A DNA stretch of 46,267 bases, taken from positions 1 through 46,267 of the forward strand of contig JADHUT010000005.1 of assembly GCA_016784385.1 (NCBI GenBank), in the 5' to 3' direction. The notes below the pieces were generated by a model. That model ran no database searches. It was not told where the DNA came from and saw only the letters and a list, made by a program, of their open reading frames with translations. This stretch comes from Candidatus Microgenomates bacterium (GTDB lineage Bacteria > Patescibacteriota > Microgenomatia > UBA8517). A program made the position numbers and the translations under genes. How positions within the stretch are numbered: the stretch's first letter is position 1; each line of letters opens with the position of its first letter. This document shows positions 27,712 through 37,834 of this stretch, in pieces.

Positions 27712-30636
27712 ATGAGTAATGATTTCATTAAAGTCAGAGGAGCAAGACAACATAATTTAAAAAATGTTGATCTTGATGTTCCTAAAAACAAACTCTCTGT
27801 ACTAACTGGAGTATCAGGTAGTGGTAAAAGCTCATTTGCATTCGACACCATTTATGCAGAAGGTCAAAGAAGATATGTAGAAAGCCTTTCTACCTATGCA
27901 AGACAGTTTTTGGGAATCATGGAAAAACCAGATGTGGACAGCATTGAAGGCCTTTCTCCTGCAATTTCAATTGATCAAAAAACTACTAGTAGAAATCCTC
28001 GCTCTACCGTTGGAACTATTACAGAGGTATATGATTATTTAAGACTACTGTATGCTCGTGTAGGCCACCCACACTGTCCTATTTGTGGTTCTGAGATATC
28101 TGCGCAATCATTAGAACAAATTGTAGATAAAGCAATTGATACAATCAAAAAAAACACAAAAACACACAAAAAAGGATGGTTTTTTATTCTCTCTCCTGTT
28201 GTAAAAGACAGAAAAGGTGAGTTCTCTTCTCTTTTTGACAATTTGAAGGCAAAAGGATTTATTAAAGTAAGAGTGGATGGAGTTATAAAGGATCTGCACG
28301 ACGACTTTGTACTGATAAAGACAAATAAACACTCAATTGAGGTAGTAGTAGACAAGGTATCAGTTTCAGTTAAAGACACAAACAATAAAGTGTTTTTAGA
28401 CAACTTGAGATCACGCCTTTTTGATTCTTTCTCTCAAGCTCTAAACCTTGCTGACGGCTACGCTATTTTGACTGAAATAGGAGACACTGGCTTTACAATT
28501 CCTGAGTTTCCAAAAAAGTTTGATGATCATCTTTTTTCTGAAAAGTTTTCCTGTCCAAAAGACAATTTATCTCTACCTGAGATAGAACCTAGAAGTTTTT
28601 CTTTCAATTCTCCCCACGGAGCATGTTCTGACTGCACCGGGCTTGGTAAGCTTAAAAAGGTAGATGAAAAACTAATCATTTCTCCAACACTTTCCATACT
28701 GGAAGGTGCGATCTTGCCATTTTCGACAATGTTTGAAACAGACACCTGGTATAGCCGCCTTATCTTAGCAGTTTGTGAAGCCCACAAAATAAATCCAAAG
28801 ATGCCGTTTGAAAAACTGACGGAAGCTCAAGTTAAGTTGATCCTCTTTGGAACTGGTAAAAGAGAATACATAGTAGATGGAACTAATAAATCCGGAAAAC
28901 TAACCTCCATTAGGTGGGCATTTAGGGGAATTGTCAACGAGCTGCACCGTAGACACCGTGAGTCTTCTTCTGATTGGGTACGCTCTGAAGTTGAAAAGTA
29001 TATGAGAGAAGTTACTTGCGCAACTTGTTTGGGCGCTAGACTTAAAAAGGAAAGTCTTGCAACTACAATAGACAACTTGAGTATTTCTGAAATCACTAAA
29101 AAATCCATTACACAGCTACTTGACTGGATAAATAGTAGTAACACATTTTTAAATTCAAGGGAACTCAATATTGCAAAGCTTATCTTAAAAGAAATTGAAG
29201 GTAGACTTAAATTTCTTTGCTCAGTTGGCTTGGAATACCTAACTTTGGATAGAGTAGCAGGAACTCTGTCGGGTGGTGAAGCACAAAGAATAAGACTGGC
29301 AAGTCAAATTGGATCAGGCCTTACAGGGGTACTATATGTACTAGATGAACCAACCATTGGACTTCATCAAAAAGACAATAAAAAGCTAATAGATACACTA
29401 AAGCATCTCAGAGACTTAGGTAATACAGTAGTGGTTGTGGAGCATGACAAGGATTTAATGGAAAATGCTGACTTTATAGCAGACTTTGGCCCACTTGCAG
29501 GCAAATTGGGAGGGAAAGTGGTAGCATTTGGAACAAAAGAGATAATAAAAAAATCCAAAAATTCCCTTACTGGAAAGTACTTGTCAGGCAAGCGAAAAAT
29601 AAATGTAACAACTCCTCAAAACCTTTTTCCAATGAGGGAGCTCTCAGATGAAAACCAAATTTTAAAAATAAAGGGTGTAACTCAATTTAATTTGAAAAAT
29701 GTATCAGTTGAGTTTCCTTTGGGTAAGTTTATTTGTATAACAGGAGTCTCTGGTTCTGGAAAGTCCACTCTTCTTGTTGAAACCCTCTACCCGGCACTCC
29801 AAAACGAATTCATTTCACTGTTTAAAGGAGAAGTAGGAGAACACACTGGCATTGAAGGCATTGAAAACATAGACAAAACCATTCTAATTGACCAAAGCCC
29901 AATAGGTAGAACTCCGCGCTCTAACCCTGCTACCTACACTAAACTATTTGATCTAGTAAGAGATGTGTATGCTGCAACTAGAGAGGCAAGAGTTAATGGA
30001 TACAAGAAAGGTCAATTTTCTTTCAATCTAAAAGGGGGAAGATGTGAAGCATGTGAGGGACAAGGCCAAACAAAAATTGAAATGCAGTTTATGAGTGATA
30101 TTTGGGTGGACTGTGAAGTTTGCAAAGCCAAAAGATATAACAACCAAACCCTAGAAATTACATACAGAGGGAAAAACATATCTGAAGTACTAGATATGAC
30201 AGTTACCGAAGCTTTGGAATTTTTCCATGCTCACCATCCAATCACTGAAAAGCTGCAAACACTAAAAGACGTTGGTATGGGCTATATGCAACTAGGCCAA
30301 CCTGCAACAACTCTCTCAGGTGGAGAAGCCCAAAGAGTAAAACTTGCAACAGAGCTTGCAAAAAGACAAACCGGAAAAACTTTCTATATTTTAGATGAGC
30401 CAACAACAGGCCTTCATTTTGCAGACATAGAAAGACTATTGAAAGTATTAAAGCTTTTGGTATCTAAAGGAAACACAGTGTGTGTAATTGAACACAATCT
30501 GGATGTTGTCAAAAATGCAGATTATATAATTGACTTAGGACCCGGTGGAGGAGAGGCTGGTGGGGAAGTAATTGCAACAGGAACTCCGCTAGAGCTCAAA
30601 AATAATATAAATTCAGTGACTGGGAAGTATTTATAA
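27712..30636 (+). CDS. uvrA: Excinuclease ABC subunit A
   Basis: GARQHNLK, two GVSGSGKS, two LSGGEAQR, zinc-finger CxxC pairs. ATG 27712 (MSNDFI) is the likely start. Confidence 0.98.
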   Translation: MSNDFIKVRGARQHNLKNVDLDVPKNKLSVLTGVSGSGKSSFAFDTIYAEGQRRYVESLSTYARQFLGIMEKPDVDSIEGLSPAISIDQKTTSRNPRSTVGTITEVYDYLRLLYARVGHPHCPICGSEISAQSLEQIVDKAIDTIKKNTKTHKKGWFFILSPVVKDRKGEFSSLFDNLKAKGFIKVRVDGVIKDLHDDFVLIKTNKHSIEVVVDKVSVSVKDTNNKVFLDNLRSRLFDSFSQALNLADGYAILTEIGDTGFTIPEFPKKFDDHLFSEKFSCPKDNLSLPEIEPRSFSFNSPHGACSDCTGLGKLKKVDEKLIISPTLSILEGAILPFSTMFETDTWYSRLILAVCEAHKINPKMPFEKLTEAQVKLILFGTGKREYIVDGTNKSGKLTSIRWAFRGIVNELHRRHRESSSDWVRSEVEKYMREVTCATCLGARLKKESLATTIDNLSISEITKKSITQLLDWINSSNTFLNSRELNIAKLILKEIEGRLKFLCSVGLEYLTLDRVAGTLSGGEAQRIRLASQIGSGLTGVLYVLDEPTIGLHQKDNKKLIDTLKHLRDLGNTVVVVEHDKDLMENADFIADFGPLAGKLGGKVVAFGTKEIIKKSKNSLTGKYLSGKRKINVTTPQNLFPMRELSDENQILKIKGVTQFNLKNVSVEFPLGKFICITGVSGSGKSTLLVETLYPALQNEFISLFKGEVGEHTGIEGIENIDKTILIDQSPIGRTPRSNPATYTKLFDLVRDVYAATREARVNGYKKGQFSFNLKGGRCEACEGQGQTKIEMQFMSDIWVDCEVCKAKRYNNQTLEITYRGKNISEVLDMTVTEALEFFHAHHPITEKLQTLKDVGMGYMQLGQPATTLSGGEAQRVKLATELAKRQTGKTFYILDEPTTGLHFADIERLLKVLKLLVSKGNTVCVIEHNLDVVKNADYIIDLGPGGGEAGGEVIATGTPLELKNNINSVTGKYL

Positions 30637-30923
30637 CTTGGAGTCTATTCTCAAAACTTTGTCAACCTTGTCGATTCGTTCATTTGTATCGTCATAATGT
30701 TGTTCTGTCAATACAACTGCTTCTCTGGTTTTTTTAAATTCCCCATCAATTTATCTTGACTGTCTAAATACACCTTCGTTGTTGGGAGATATTTAATTTT
30801 TTTAGTCAATTCTTTACGAAGCTCGTTCGCGCTCGTATCGATCATATTACCAATCTGTGGCATAAGTATCTCTTGAAACTGTGCTAAAGTGAGAGTAGAT
30901 TTACCATTTGTAGTTTTTGTCAT
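30631..30923 (-). pseudogene. Small coiled-coil protein interrupted by a -1 frameshift (frame-0 product 30708-30923)
   Basis: After ...DKLMG the -1 frame reads KKTREAVVLTEQHYDDTNERIDKVDKVLRIDSKL*, ending in the TTATAA shared with the uvrA stop. Shift zone GGGGAATTTAAAAAAA at 30744-30729. Confidence 0.55.
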
Positions 30924-31008
30924 ACTTTTTTTACTTCATGAAACCATTTTAGTCAAGAATATTTACCCCCATGGCATAGAAGTGATAGGTTTTGTATACT
31001 AGAATACA

Positions 31009-32865
31009 ATGAAAAAGTTTTTTTTGTTTTTTTGTACTTTTCTTTTTTTGTTTTCAGGTTTGACTAGTGGTGTAAGTGCTGATGGTGAGTTCAACACAGA
31101 CTTTGATGTAACATACACAGTTTCTGAAACTGGAGTTACTACAGTTTCTAATCAAGTTACTCTTACTAATATTTTTTCAAATTTATACGCTTCTTCATAC
31201 AGTATTGTTCTGGATAGTATGGCACCTTCCAATATACGGTCATTCGACGGTAATGGGGCTGTATACAATGTAAAAACAACTGTAGATGGCACAAAAACTA
31301 CCATTTCTGTTTCTTTTCCTGATAATTTAGTAGGAAAGGACAAATCAAGAACATTTTGGGTCAACTATGATGAACCATCATTCGCTGTTCGAACTGGAGA
31401 AGTTTGGGAAGTATCAATCCCTAGGCTTTCTGAATCTTCTTCCTTTTCTTCATACTTTGTAACTCTTTCAGTTCCATCTTCTTTTGGTCAAGAAGCATAT
31501 TTATCTCCTAGACCTCGTCAAAGATCAACTAATGGGGGAATGCAGGAGTTTAAATTTAATATAGAAGATGTAGCCTCCACGGGAATTGTGGCAGGATTTG
31601 GCCAATTCCAAGTTTTTTCATTTACACTTTACTATCATCTGGAAAATCCACTTACAAGGACTGCCACAACTGAGGTTGCCCTTCCTCCTGATACTGCATT
31701 TCAACGAATGTACTACCATAATCTAAATCCAAAACCCAAAAGTATTCATGTGGACACAGACGGAAATTGGATAGCAACTTATGAAATGAAAGCTAGGGAA
31801 AGAATTGATGTCGTGGCCAAAGGTTCTGTACAAATTTTTTCCACACTTCGTAATTTTCCGAAACCTACCATTGAGACATTAAATAAAAACCTGCAAAGTA
31901 CCCCGTATTGGCAAAGCTCAGATCCAACAATAATGTCTTTAGCAACTAGGCTTAAAACTCCAAAAGCCATATATGACTATGTGACAAATACATTTACGTA
32001 TGACTATTCAAGAGTTAGACCAAATGTGGAAAGATTAGGGGCAATCAGTGCTCTGGAGCAACCATCTATTGCTATTTGTATGGAATATACAGACTCGTTC
32101 ATTGCTCTCGCTCGTGCAGCTGGCATCCCGGCTCGAGAAATAAATGGTTATGCATATACAGAAAATCCTGAAATTCAACCTCTCTCATTGGTTAATGATG
32201 TACTACATGCCTGGCCAGAATACTATGATTCCACCAGGGGAGCATGGATTCCAATTGACCCTACTTGGGGTTCAACTACAGGGGGAGTTGATTATTTCAA
32301 CAAACTAGATCTTCGCCATTTCACTTTTGTTATACATGGAGAGCAAGACTCTCAACCATACTCTCCTGGGTCATACAAACTAGGTACTAATCCACAAAAG
32401 GATGTATTTGTTTCTTTTGGAAGCTTACCTGAAGAACGAAATTCAAAACCAACAGTGACTGCACAAGTTGGAGGTTGGATCCCATTTCTACCTAATAAGT
32501 TAAAACTTAAAATAGATAATCCAGGACCTGTTGCTCTTTATTCAGTTACTCCAACAATTCTTTTTGATCAAAGTGCTACAGAAAGCAAACTTTTCATTGA
32601 GAGTTTGTTGCCTTTCCAAACTTACGAAATATCTCTCGATATTCCATTTTCATTTTTAGGAACTAACACTCCAGAAAAAGTAACAGTCTTGGTGGAAGGG
32701 GAATCAGTTACAGTTCCTACCAATAAAAACCAGGTAGTTATATATAATTTGCTTTTTATATTCTTCTCCACAATACTTGTTCTTCTAACATTTCTTTTTA
32801 GACTTAAAAAATGGAAGGTAAACTTCAATGGCTTAAAAGCCATTTTGTTTAGTGTCAAGAAATGA
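31009..32865 (+). CDS. Exported, membrane-anchored transglutaminase-like protein
   Basis: Signal peptide; Cys-His-Asp triad (AICMEYTD, HAWPEY, IDPTWG); RAAGIPAR; C-terminal TM. Confidence 0.88.
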   Translation: MKKFFLFFCTFLFLFSGLTSGVSADGEFNTDFDVTYTVSETGVTTVSNQVTLTNIFSNLYASSYSIVLDSMAPSNIRSFDGNGAVYNVKTTVDGTKTTISVSFPDNLVGKDKSRTFWVNYDEPSFAVRTGEVWEVSIPRLSESSSFSSYFVTLSVPSSFGQEAYLSPRPRQRSTNGGMQEFKFNIEDVASTGIVAGFGQFQVFSFTLYYHLENPLTRTATTEVALPPDTAFQRMYYHNLNPKPKSIHVDTDGNWIATYEMKARERIDVVAKGSVQIFSTLRNFPKPTIETLNKNLQSTPYWQSSDPTIMSLATRLKTPKAIYDYVTNTFTYDYSRVRPNVERLGAISALEQPSIAICMEYTDSFIALARAAGIPAREINGYAYTENPEIQPLSLVNDVLHAWPEYYDSTRGAWIPIDPTWGSTTGGVDYFNKLDLRHFTFVIHGEQDSQPYSPGSYKLGTNPQKDVFVSFGSLPEERNSKPTVTAQVGGWIPFLPNKLKLKIDNPGPVALYSVTPTILFDQSATESKLFIESLLPFQTYEISLDIPFSFLGTNTPEKVTVLVEGESVTVPTNKNQVVIYNLLFIFFSTILVLLTFLFRLKKWKVNFNGLKAILFSVKK

Positions 32866-34220
32866 TTCAAGTTTCACTAGATAAATACACCAACATTACC
32901 AAACTTTCGAAAATCAAAATAGACAAAAAAGTATTTTCTAAGCTCCCTCAAACTCCCGGTGTATACATTTTTTGGAAAAAAGTTGCTCGAAAAAAAGATA
33001 TTCCCATATATATTGGTAAATCAGTTAACTTAAAATCTCGTCTATCTAGCTACTTGGCAGTTCATTTGGGGCCAAAAACTAAAAAAATGGTCAAGGAAGC
33101 TGAGAGCATTTCTATTATTAAAGTATTTTCGGAACTTGAGTCACTCCTTTTGGAAGCTAGATTAATCAGAAAATTCAAGCCATTTTATAATATTATCGCA
33201 AAGGACGACAAACGACCCCTTTATATAGTGATTACAAAAGATGAGTTTCCAAGAGTTTTGTCTGCAAGGAGACCTAAAAAAAATGAATTTAGAGCTGAGT
33301 TTGGTCCTTTCCCTGCAGGAAAGAATGTAAAAACTATATTGAGGTTAATCAGAAAAATATTTCCATATAGTGATCACCTAACCAGTAAAAACAAACTTAG
33401 AAGTAAGCCTTGTATATATAGCCAGATTGGTCTTTGTGACCCTTGTCCAAACACCATTTCAAGTGCAACGGAAAAAACAAAATACAAACAAAACATTAAA
33501 AACACAAAAAGACTGCTGCAGGGAAAGTTTAGCGGTGTTCAGAAGGACTTAAACACTGCTATGAAAAAATTATCAAAGGAAAAAAAGTATGAAGAGGCAG
33601 GGAAGTTGAGGGATCAACTTAAAGCATTAAATTACATTACCCAACCTCAAATACCAACGGGTGAGTTTTTGAAAAATCCAAATTTAGAACAAGACGTCAG
33701 AAGTGAAGAAATAAAAAGCCTGAGTAGCATGTTGGCTTGTGGAGGGTTAAAGCCAAAAACCCTGCAGAGAATAGAATGCTTTGACATTGCACATATTGCC
33801 GGGGTTAACCCAACAGCCTCAATGGTAGTTGCAATTAATGGTCAAATGGAAAATTCGAAATACAGACACTTCAAAATTAAGCAAAAAAAGACCCAAAGCG
33901 ACTTTGACTCCATGGTCGAAGTAGCCAAAAGAAGAAGAAATAATATAGCCAAATGGGGGACTCCTGATTTAATAGTAGTTGATGGGGGATTGGCACAAGT
34001 AAAAGCGTTCAATCAAATTTTTATGGAACCTTTGCAAAAGAAAAAAATTCCTGTTGTGGGGATAGCAAAACATCCTGATAGATTAATATTTTCTGAAGGC
34101 AAAAAGGTCAAGCTTACTGGGTCAACTCTGCGCTTAACTCAAAGACTTCGTGACGAAGCACATAGGTTTGCAAGAAGGTATCACCACCTTCTGATGAAGA
34201 AGTCTTTATATGCTAGCTAA
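32862..34220 (+). CDS. uvrC: Excinuclease ABC subunit C-like protein lacking the C-terminal HhH domain
   Basis: GIY-YIG (PGVYIF...YIGKS.NL), UVR (YEEAGKLRD) and RNase H-like (RIECFDIAH, PDLIVVDGG, RDEAHRFA) domains. Confidence 0.9.
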   Translation: MIQVSLDKYTNITKLSKIKIDKKVFSKLPQTPGVYIFWKKVARKKDIPIYIGKSVNLKSRLSSYLAVHLGPKTKKMVKEAESISIIKVFSELESLLLEARLIRKFKPFYNIIAKDDKRPLYIVITKDEFPRVLSARRPKKNEFRAEFGPFPAGKNVKTILRLIRKIFPYSDHLTSKNKLRSKPCIYSQIGLCDPCPNTISSATEKTKYKQNIKNTKRLLQGKFSGVQKDLNTAMKKLSKEKKYEEAGKLRDQLKALNYITQPQIPTGEFLKNPNLEQDVRSEEIKSLSSMLACGGLKPKTLQRIECFDIAHIAGVNPTASMVVAINGQMENSKYRHFKIKQKKTQSDFDSMVEVAKRRRNNIAKWGTPDLIVVDGGLAQVKAFNQIFMEPLQKKKIPVVGIAKHPDRLIFSEGKKVKLTGSTLRLTQRLRDEAHRFARRYHHLLMKKSLYAS

Positions 34221-34248
34221 TTTTGACATCATGTATTATAATAATGCT

Positions 34249-34300
34249 GGGAATGGAGCTATTCTGTTCGCAAAAAGGACCGAAAGGTCCTGTTTTGTTT
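34249..34300 (+). ncRNA. Candidate small two-hairpin RNA convergent with the DUF3800-like gene
   Basis: TATAAT at 34237-34242; hairpin GGAAUG-GAGC-UAUUCU (34250-34265); hairpin AGGACC-GAAA-GGUCCU (34276-34291); U-rich tail. Confidence 0.45.
34271..34300. terminator. Intrinsic terminator-like hairpin, potentially bidirectional
   Basis: caaaaAGGACC-gaaa-GGTCCTgttttgttt between convergent uvrC and DUF3800-like genes. Confidence 0.7.
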
Positions 34301-35144
34301 TATGGGATTAAGTTTACATTTTTACTCAGCAATTTATTCTTTAAATCCCTTTCAAAAGAAATAAAATGATCACTACGAGAATTATGATCTGAAACAACAG
34401 CATCATAAGTTGGATATAAAACCATATCTGCGATTTGTGTACCTAAATAATCTTGTTTCTTGGGAACTATAAATAAATCCAGGATCTGATTTCTTATCTC
34501 ACTTGGCTTAATAGAACCAACCCTGTTCTTGTAAATCATTTTGAAAGCGTTTCTTAATTCTGAATCTTCTCTTTGTCCTCTAGCTTCAGCTACAATTATT
34601 CCCCTCGCTTGAATCCTGTTGTTGGTTATAAATTTAAAAAAATTCCCCACCATTTGTCTTAGACAAAGAAGGTACAAATTATAATCAACAACTGAACTCT
34701 TTGGAAATAAGTTAGAGCCGATTTTTTTTATTTTAACAACAACTCCTTCTTTATTAAAAATTCCATATTTTTTTATTAACTCGTGCTTGTCAACAAAAAT
34801 TACATCAAATTTATAGTTTCCTGTCCTGACAAAGGAGGATAAAGAGGATTTTAACTCAAATTCTTTTTCAAATTTCTATTTAAATCTGAATAATTATCTC
34901 TTGTGTTTAAAATATCTACATAATGAAAAATTAAATTATTCTTTTTGGGATAATATTTCTTTTTTATTCTCTCAGATCTGGATATTAGATCATACAAACC
35001 AGAAGATGGGACAATAACTCCAGAAATCCCAAAGTGAAAATGTTTTTCTTTTGTGAAAATATCTTCTTTACTAAATTTAAGCATTTCGTTTAAATTTGGT
35101 GCATATATTTCGTCTAAAAACATAAAATAAAGATTGTCTGTCAT
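34300..35144 (-). pseudogene. DUF3800-like protein split by one -1 frameshift (track ORFs 34851-35159 and 34300-34677 are one gene)
   Basis: N-terminal FLDE, internal FH and EARG, C-terminal QIAD. The frames join at TTG AAA AAG (A5 at 34868-34864), and the -1 frame is open to 34300. ATG 35144 lies 6 nt after TATAAT. Confidence 0.8.
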
Positions 35145-35201
35145 AAAATGATTATACAATAGAATCTTGACAGCAAGGCCTGCATGGCTAATAATTAAGC
35201 T

Positions 35202-35603
35202 GTGAAGAGAATACTAAGACATTTCACAATAGACACAGTTTCACTGTATTTGGCTTCTTCAATTGCGTCAGGTCTTGTTTTTGAAAAAGGTATTGAAACG
35301 ATTGTCTTTGCAGGATTGGGTTTAACACTAGCCTCATTAATTGCAAAACCAATAATAAATGTGCTCATGCTTCCTATTAATTTGATTTCATTTGGACTGT
35401 TTCGTTGGGTTTCATCTGCAATTGCTTTGTACTTGGTAACTTTGGTGGTTGATGGATTTCAAATTGTTAAATTCCATTTTGGAGGGTTTAGTAGTGTTTG
35501 GTTTGATCTTCCAAATTTTACCTTTGAGGGAGTAGCAGCAATTATTTCATTTTCACTACTTCTATCTCTCATAGCCAGCTTTATATATTGGCTTGTTAAG
35601 TAA
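35202..35603 (+). CDS. 4-TMS phage holin superfamily IV / YvlD-like membrane protein
   Basis: KPIINVLMLPINLISFGLF.WV motif; TTGACA-17 bp-AATAAT directly upstream. Confidence 0.8.
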   Translation: MKRILRHFTIDTVSLYLASSIASGLVFEKGIETIVFAGLGLTLASLIAKPIINVLMLPINLISFGLFRWVSSAIALYLVTLVVDGFQIVKFHFGGFSSVWFDLPNFTFEGVAAIISFSLLLSLIASFIYWLVK

Positions 35604-35629
35604 CACTTGAGGTATAATACTCTTTAAGT

Positions 35630-35833
35630 ATGAAAAATTTTGTAATCATAGCTCAAATTGTTTGTGCAATACTTCTAGTCATTTTTGTACTACTTCAAGT
35701 TAGAGGAACTGGATTTGGTAGAGGCTCCACAGCTTCATTTACCAGGCGTGGTGCTGAAAGGTTAATTTTTAAACTTACCTTTGTAGTTACTGCCATATTT
35801 TTAATTCTTTCAATTACAAACTTGTTTATATAA
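35630..35833 (+). CDS. secG: Preprotein translocase subunit SecG
   Basis: VLLQVRGTGFG...TRRGAE.L between two TM helices. Confidence 0.9.
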   Translation: MKNFVIIAQIVCAILLVIFVLLQVRGTGFGRGSTASFTRRGAERLIFKLTFVVTAIFLILSITNLFI

Positions 35834-35839
35834 AAATCT

Positions 35840-37144
35840 GTGTATTCACCTAGATACATAACCAGACTTATCCAAGCTTTCTTTAAACGCTTTAAAGCTA
35901 TTATCTTTTTTAGTATATTTGTTGGTGCAGTATTTTTTTTGATCTTAAACCTCATCCTTCCATCCATTATTGCAAAAAGTGTTGAAAAAATTGGAATTAG
36001 TGGTAAATACTCTACAGACAATCTCCCAGAAGAAATATTAACCCTTATTTCTGATGGTCTAACAACAGTAGACGAAAACGGTGCAGTAACTCCCAACCTT
36101 GCCTCATCATGGGAGAGCCTGGATGGAGGTAAAACATGGATTTTTACACTAGATACTACCAAGACTTGGCAAGATGGTAAGAATATTAGTACAGAGTCAG
36201 TTGTGTATGAGTTTACAGATGCCCAGGTAAACATAATTGATGAAAAAACTATTGAATTCAAACTTCAAACCCCTTTTTCTGCATTCCCAGTAGTAGTTTC
36301 TAAGCCTGTTTTTAAAAAAGGTCTTCTTGGAACTGGAGAGTGGAAAGTTAAAAAAGTTTCATTAATAGGGGGATATGTTAACAAGTTAACTATGCAAGAT
36401 AGCTTGGGCAACAAAAAAATATTTAGTTTTTATCCAACTGAAAGCAGGCTAAAACTTGGTTTCAAACTGGGAGAAGTTTCCACACTTCAAAACCTTTTTA
36501 ATCCAAAGCCATTTGATGAGTGGAAAACTACCGAGGTGCAAAAAAATGTATCAACCAATCACTTTGTTGGAATATTTTTTAATACCTTGGACGAACTTTT
36601 GTCTGAAAAAATAGTAAGACAAGCCCTAAACTATGCTACGGACAAAAACAATTTTGACACCACACGAGCATTGGGGCCAATTTCTCCAACATCATGGGGA
36701 TATAACCCACAAGTAAAACCCTACACACAAGACATAGAAAGAGCAAAGGAATTATTAAATTCTGACGAGGAAATAAAAATAGTTCTTTCTACAAGCTCTT
36801 CACTACTTCCACAAGCTGAAAAAATTAAGGATGATTGGCAGAAAATCGGAGTAACTGCCCAAATACAGGTTGTTAGTGGTGTTCCACAAAACTATCAAGC
36901 ATTCCTGGCTACAGTAGATATACCAAAAGATCCTGACCAGTATGTTTTGTGGCATTCTACACAGCAAACCAACATATCAAAATATCAAAATCCAAGAATA
37001 GACAAACTATTGGAAGATGGAAGAATAGAACAAGATCTTGAAACAAGAAAAAAAATATACCTAGATTTTCAAAGGTTTTTAGTTGAAGATTCTCCTGCAA
37101 TATTCCTGTATCACCCCAGTTTCTATACTGTGACAAGAAAGTGA
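35840..37144 (+). CDS. ABC transporter substrate-binding protein, family 5; no permease or ATPase in the window
   Basis: GLT...P.LA.SW...GKTW.F.L...WQDG, VRQAL.YA, NISKYQNP.ID.LLE.GR and PAIFLY motifs. Confidence 0.88.
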   Translation: MYSPRYITRLIQAFFKRFKAIIFFSIFVGAVFFLILNLILPSIIAKSVEKIGISGKYSTDNLPEEILTLISDGLTTVDENGAVTPNLASSWESLDGGKTWIFTLDTTKTWQDGKNISTESVVYEFTDAQVNIIDEKTIEFKLQTPFSAFPVVVSKPVFKKGLLGTGEWKVKKVSLIGGYVNKLTMQDSLGNKKIFSFYPTESRLKLGFKLGEVSTLQNLFNPKPFDEWKTTEVQKNVSTNHFVGIFFNTLDELLSEKIVRQALNYATDKNNFDTTRALGPISPTSWGYNPQVKPYTQDIERAKELLNSDEEIKIVLSTSSSLLPQAEKIKDDWQKIGVTAQIQVVSGVPQNYQAFLATVDIPKDPDQYVLWHSTQQTNISKYQNPRIDKLLEDGRIEQDLETRKKIYLDFQRFLVEDSPAIFLYHPSFYTVTRK

Positions 37145-37181
37145 TTGATATCTTGCAGGCAAATGACTTTAAGTTGAGAAT

Positions 37182-37712
37182 ATGAATTACTACACTCTAA
37201 AAATAGGAAATATTACTAGAAAATTACCAATTGTTTTTTTACGAAATAATTTAAGGATAGCTTCAGTAAATTTATTGGGTGACACTGAACTTGTAGAAAT
37301 AATTGCTAAAAAACTACTAAATAAACTTAAACAAATAGACTTTGACTACTTTGTTGGGCCAGAAGTAAAAGTAGTTCCTCTGCTGCATGAACTATCAAGA
37401 CTTTCTAAAAATAATAGATACGTTGTCTGCAGGAAAAATATACATGGATACATGGTTTCACCCATTAAGACAAATTTAAAAAGCCCTCTTGTTATTAATG
37501 GCTCAGATGCCGAACTCTTAAAAGGAAAAAGGGTAGTAATTGTTGATGACGTAGTGACAACGGGGTCAACTTTCTACTCAGTAGAGAAACTTATGGAACT
37601 AGTAAACACTAAAGTTGTTGCAAAAATAGCAGTTTTTAAACAAGGAGATAATTTACATCCTAGCAATAAAAATACTATATTTATCTCTTCTTTACCAACT
37701 TTTACTTCTTGA
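37182..37712 (+). CDS. Type I phosphoribosyltransferase (adenine PRTase-like)
   Basis: PRPP-binding loop VVIVDDVVTTGST; PEVK..PL.H and RK motifs. Confidence 0.88.
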   Translation: MNYYTLKIGNITRKLPIVFLRNNLRIASVNLLGDTELVEIIAKKLLNKLKQIDFDYFVGPEVKVVPLLHELSRLSKNNRYVVCRKNIHGYMVSPIKTNLKSPLVINGSDAELLKGKRVVIVDDVVTTGSTFYSVEKLMELVNTKVVAKIAVFKQGDNLHPSNKNTIFISSLPTFTS

Positions 37713-37834
37713 CGAGTTATAAGTTAATCTAGTAAATTGTAAATACATCTAAAAGAGCTTGTGGATGCCGCGAGCAAATTTTTTAATAAAATGGCAGAAT
37801 ATATATTATATTTTAAATGTAAGTTTACTTATTG

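Noticed and set aside
35202-35603. Holin-like gene as evidence of a prophage
   Set aside because: This family is commonly chromosomal; it sits beside secG with no phage genes nearby.
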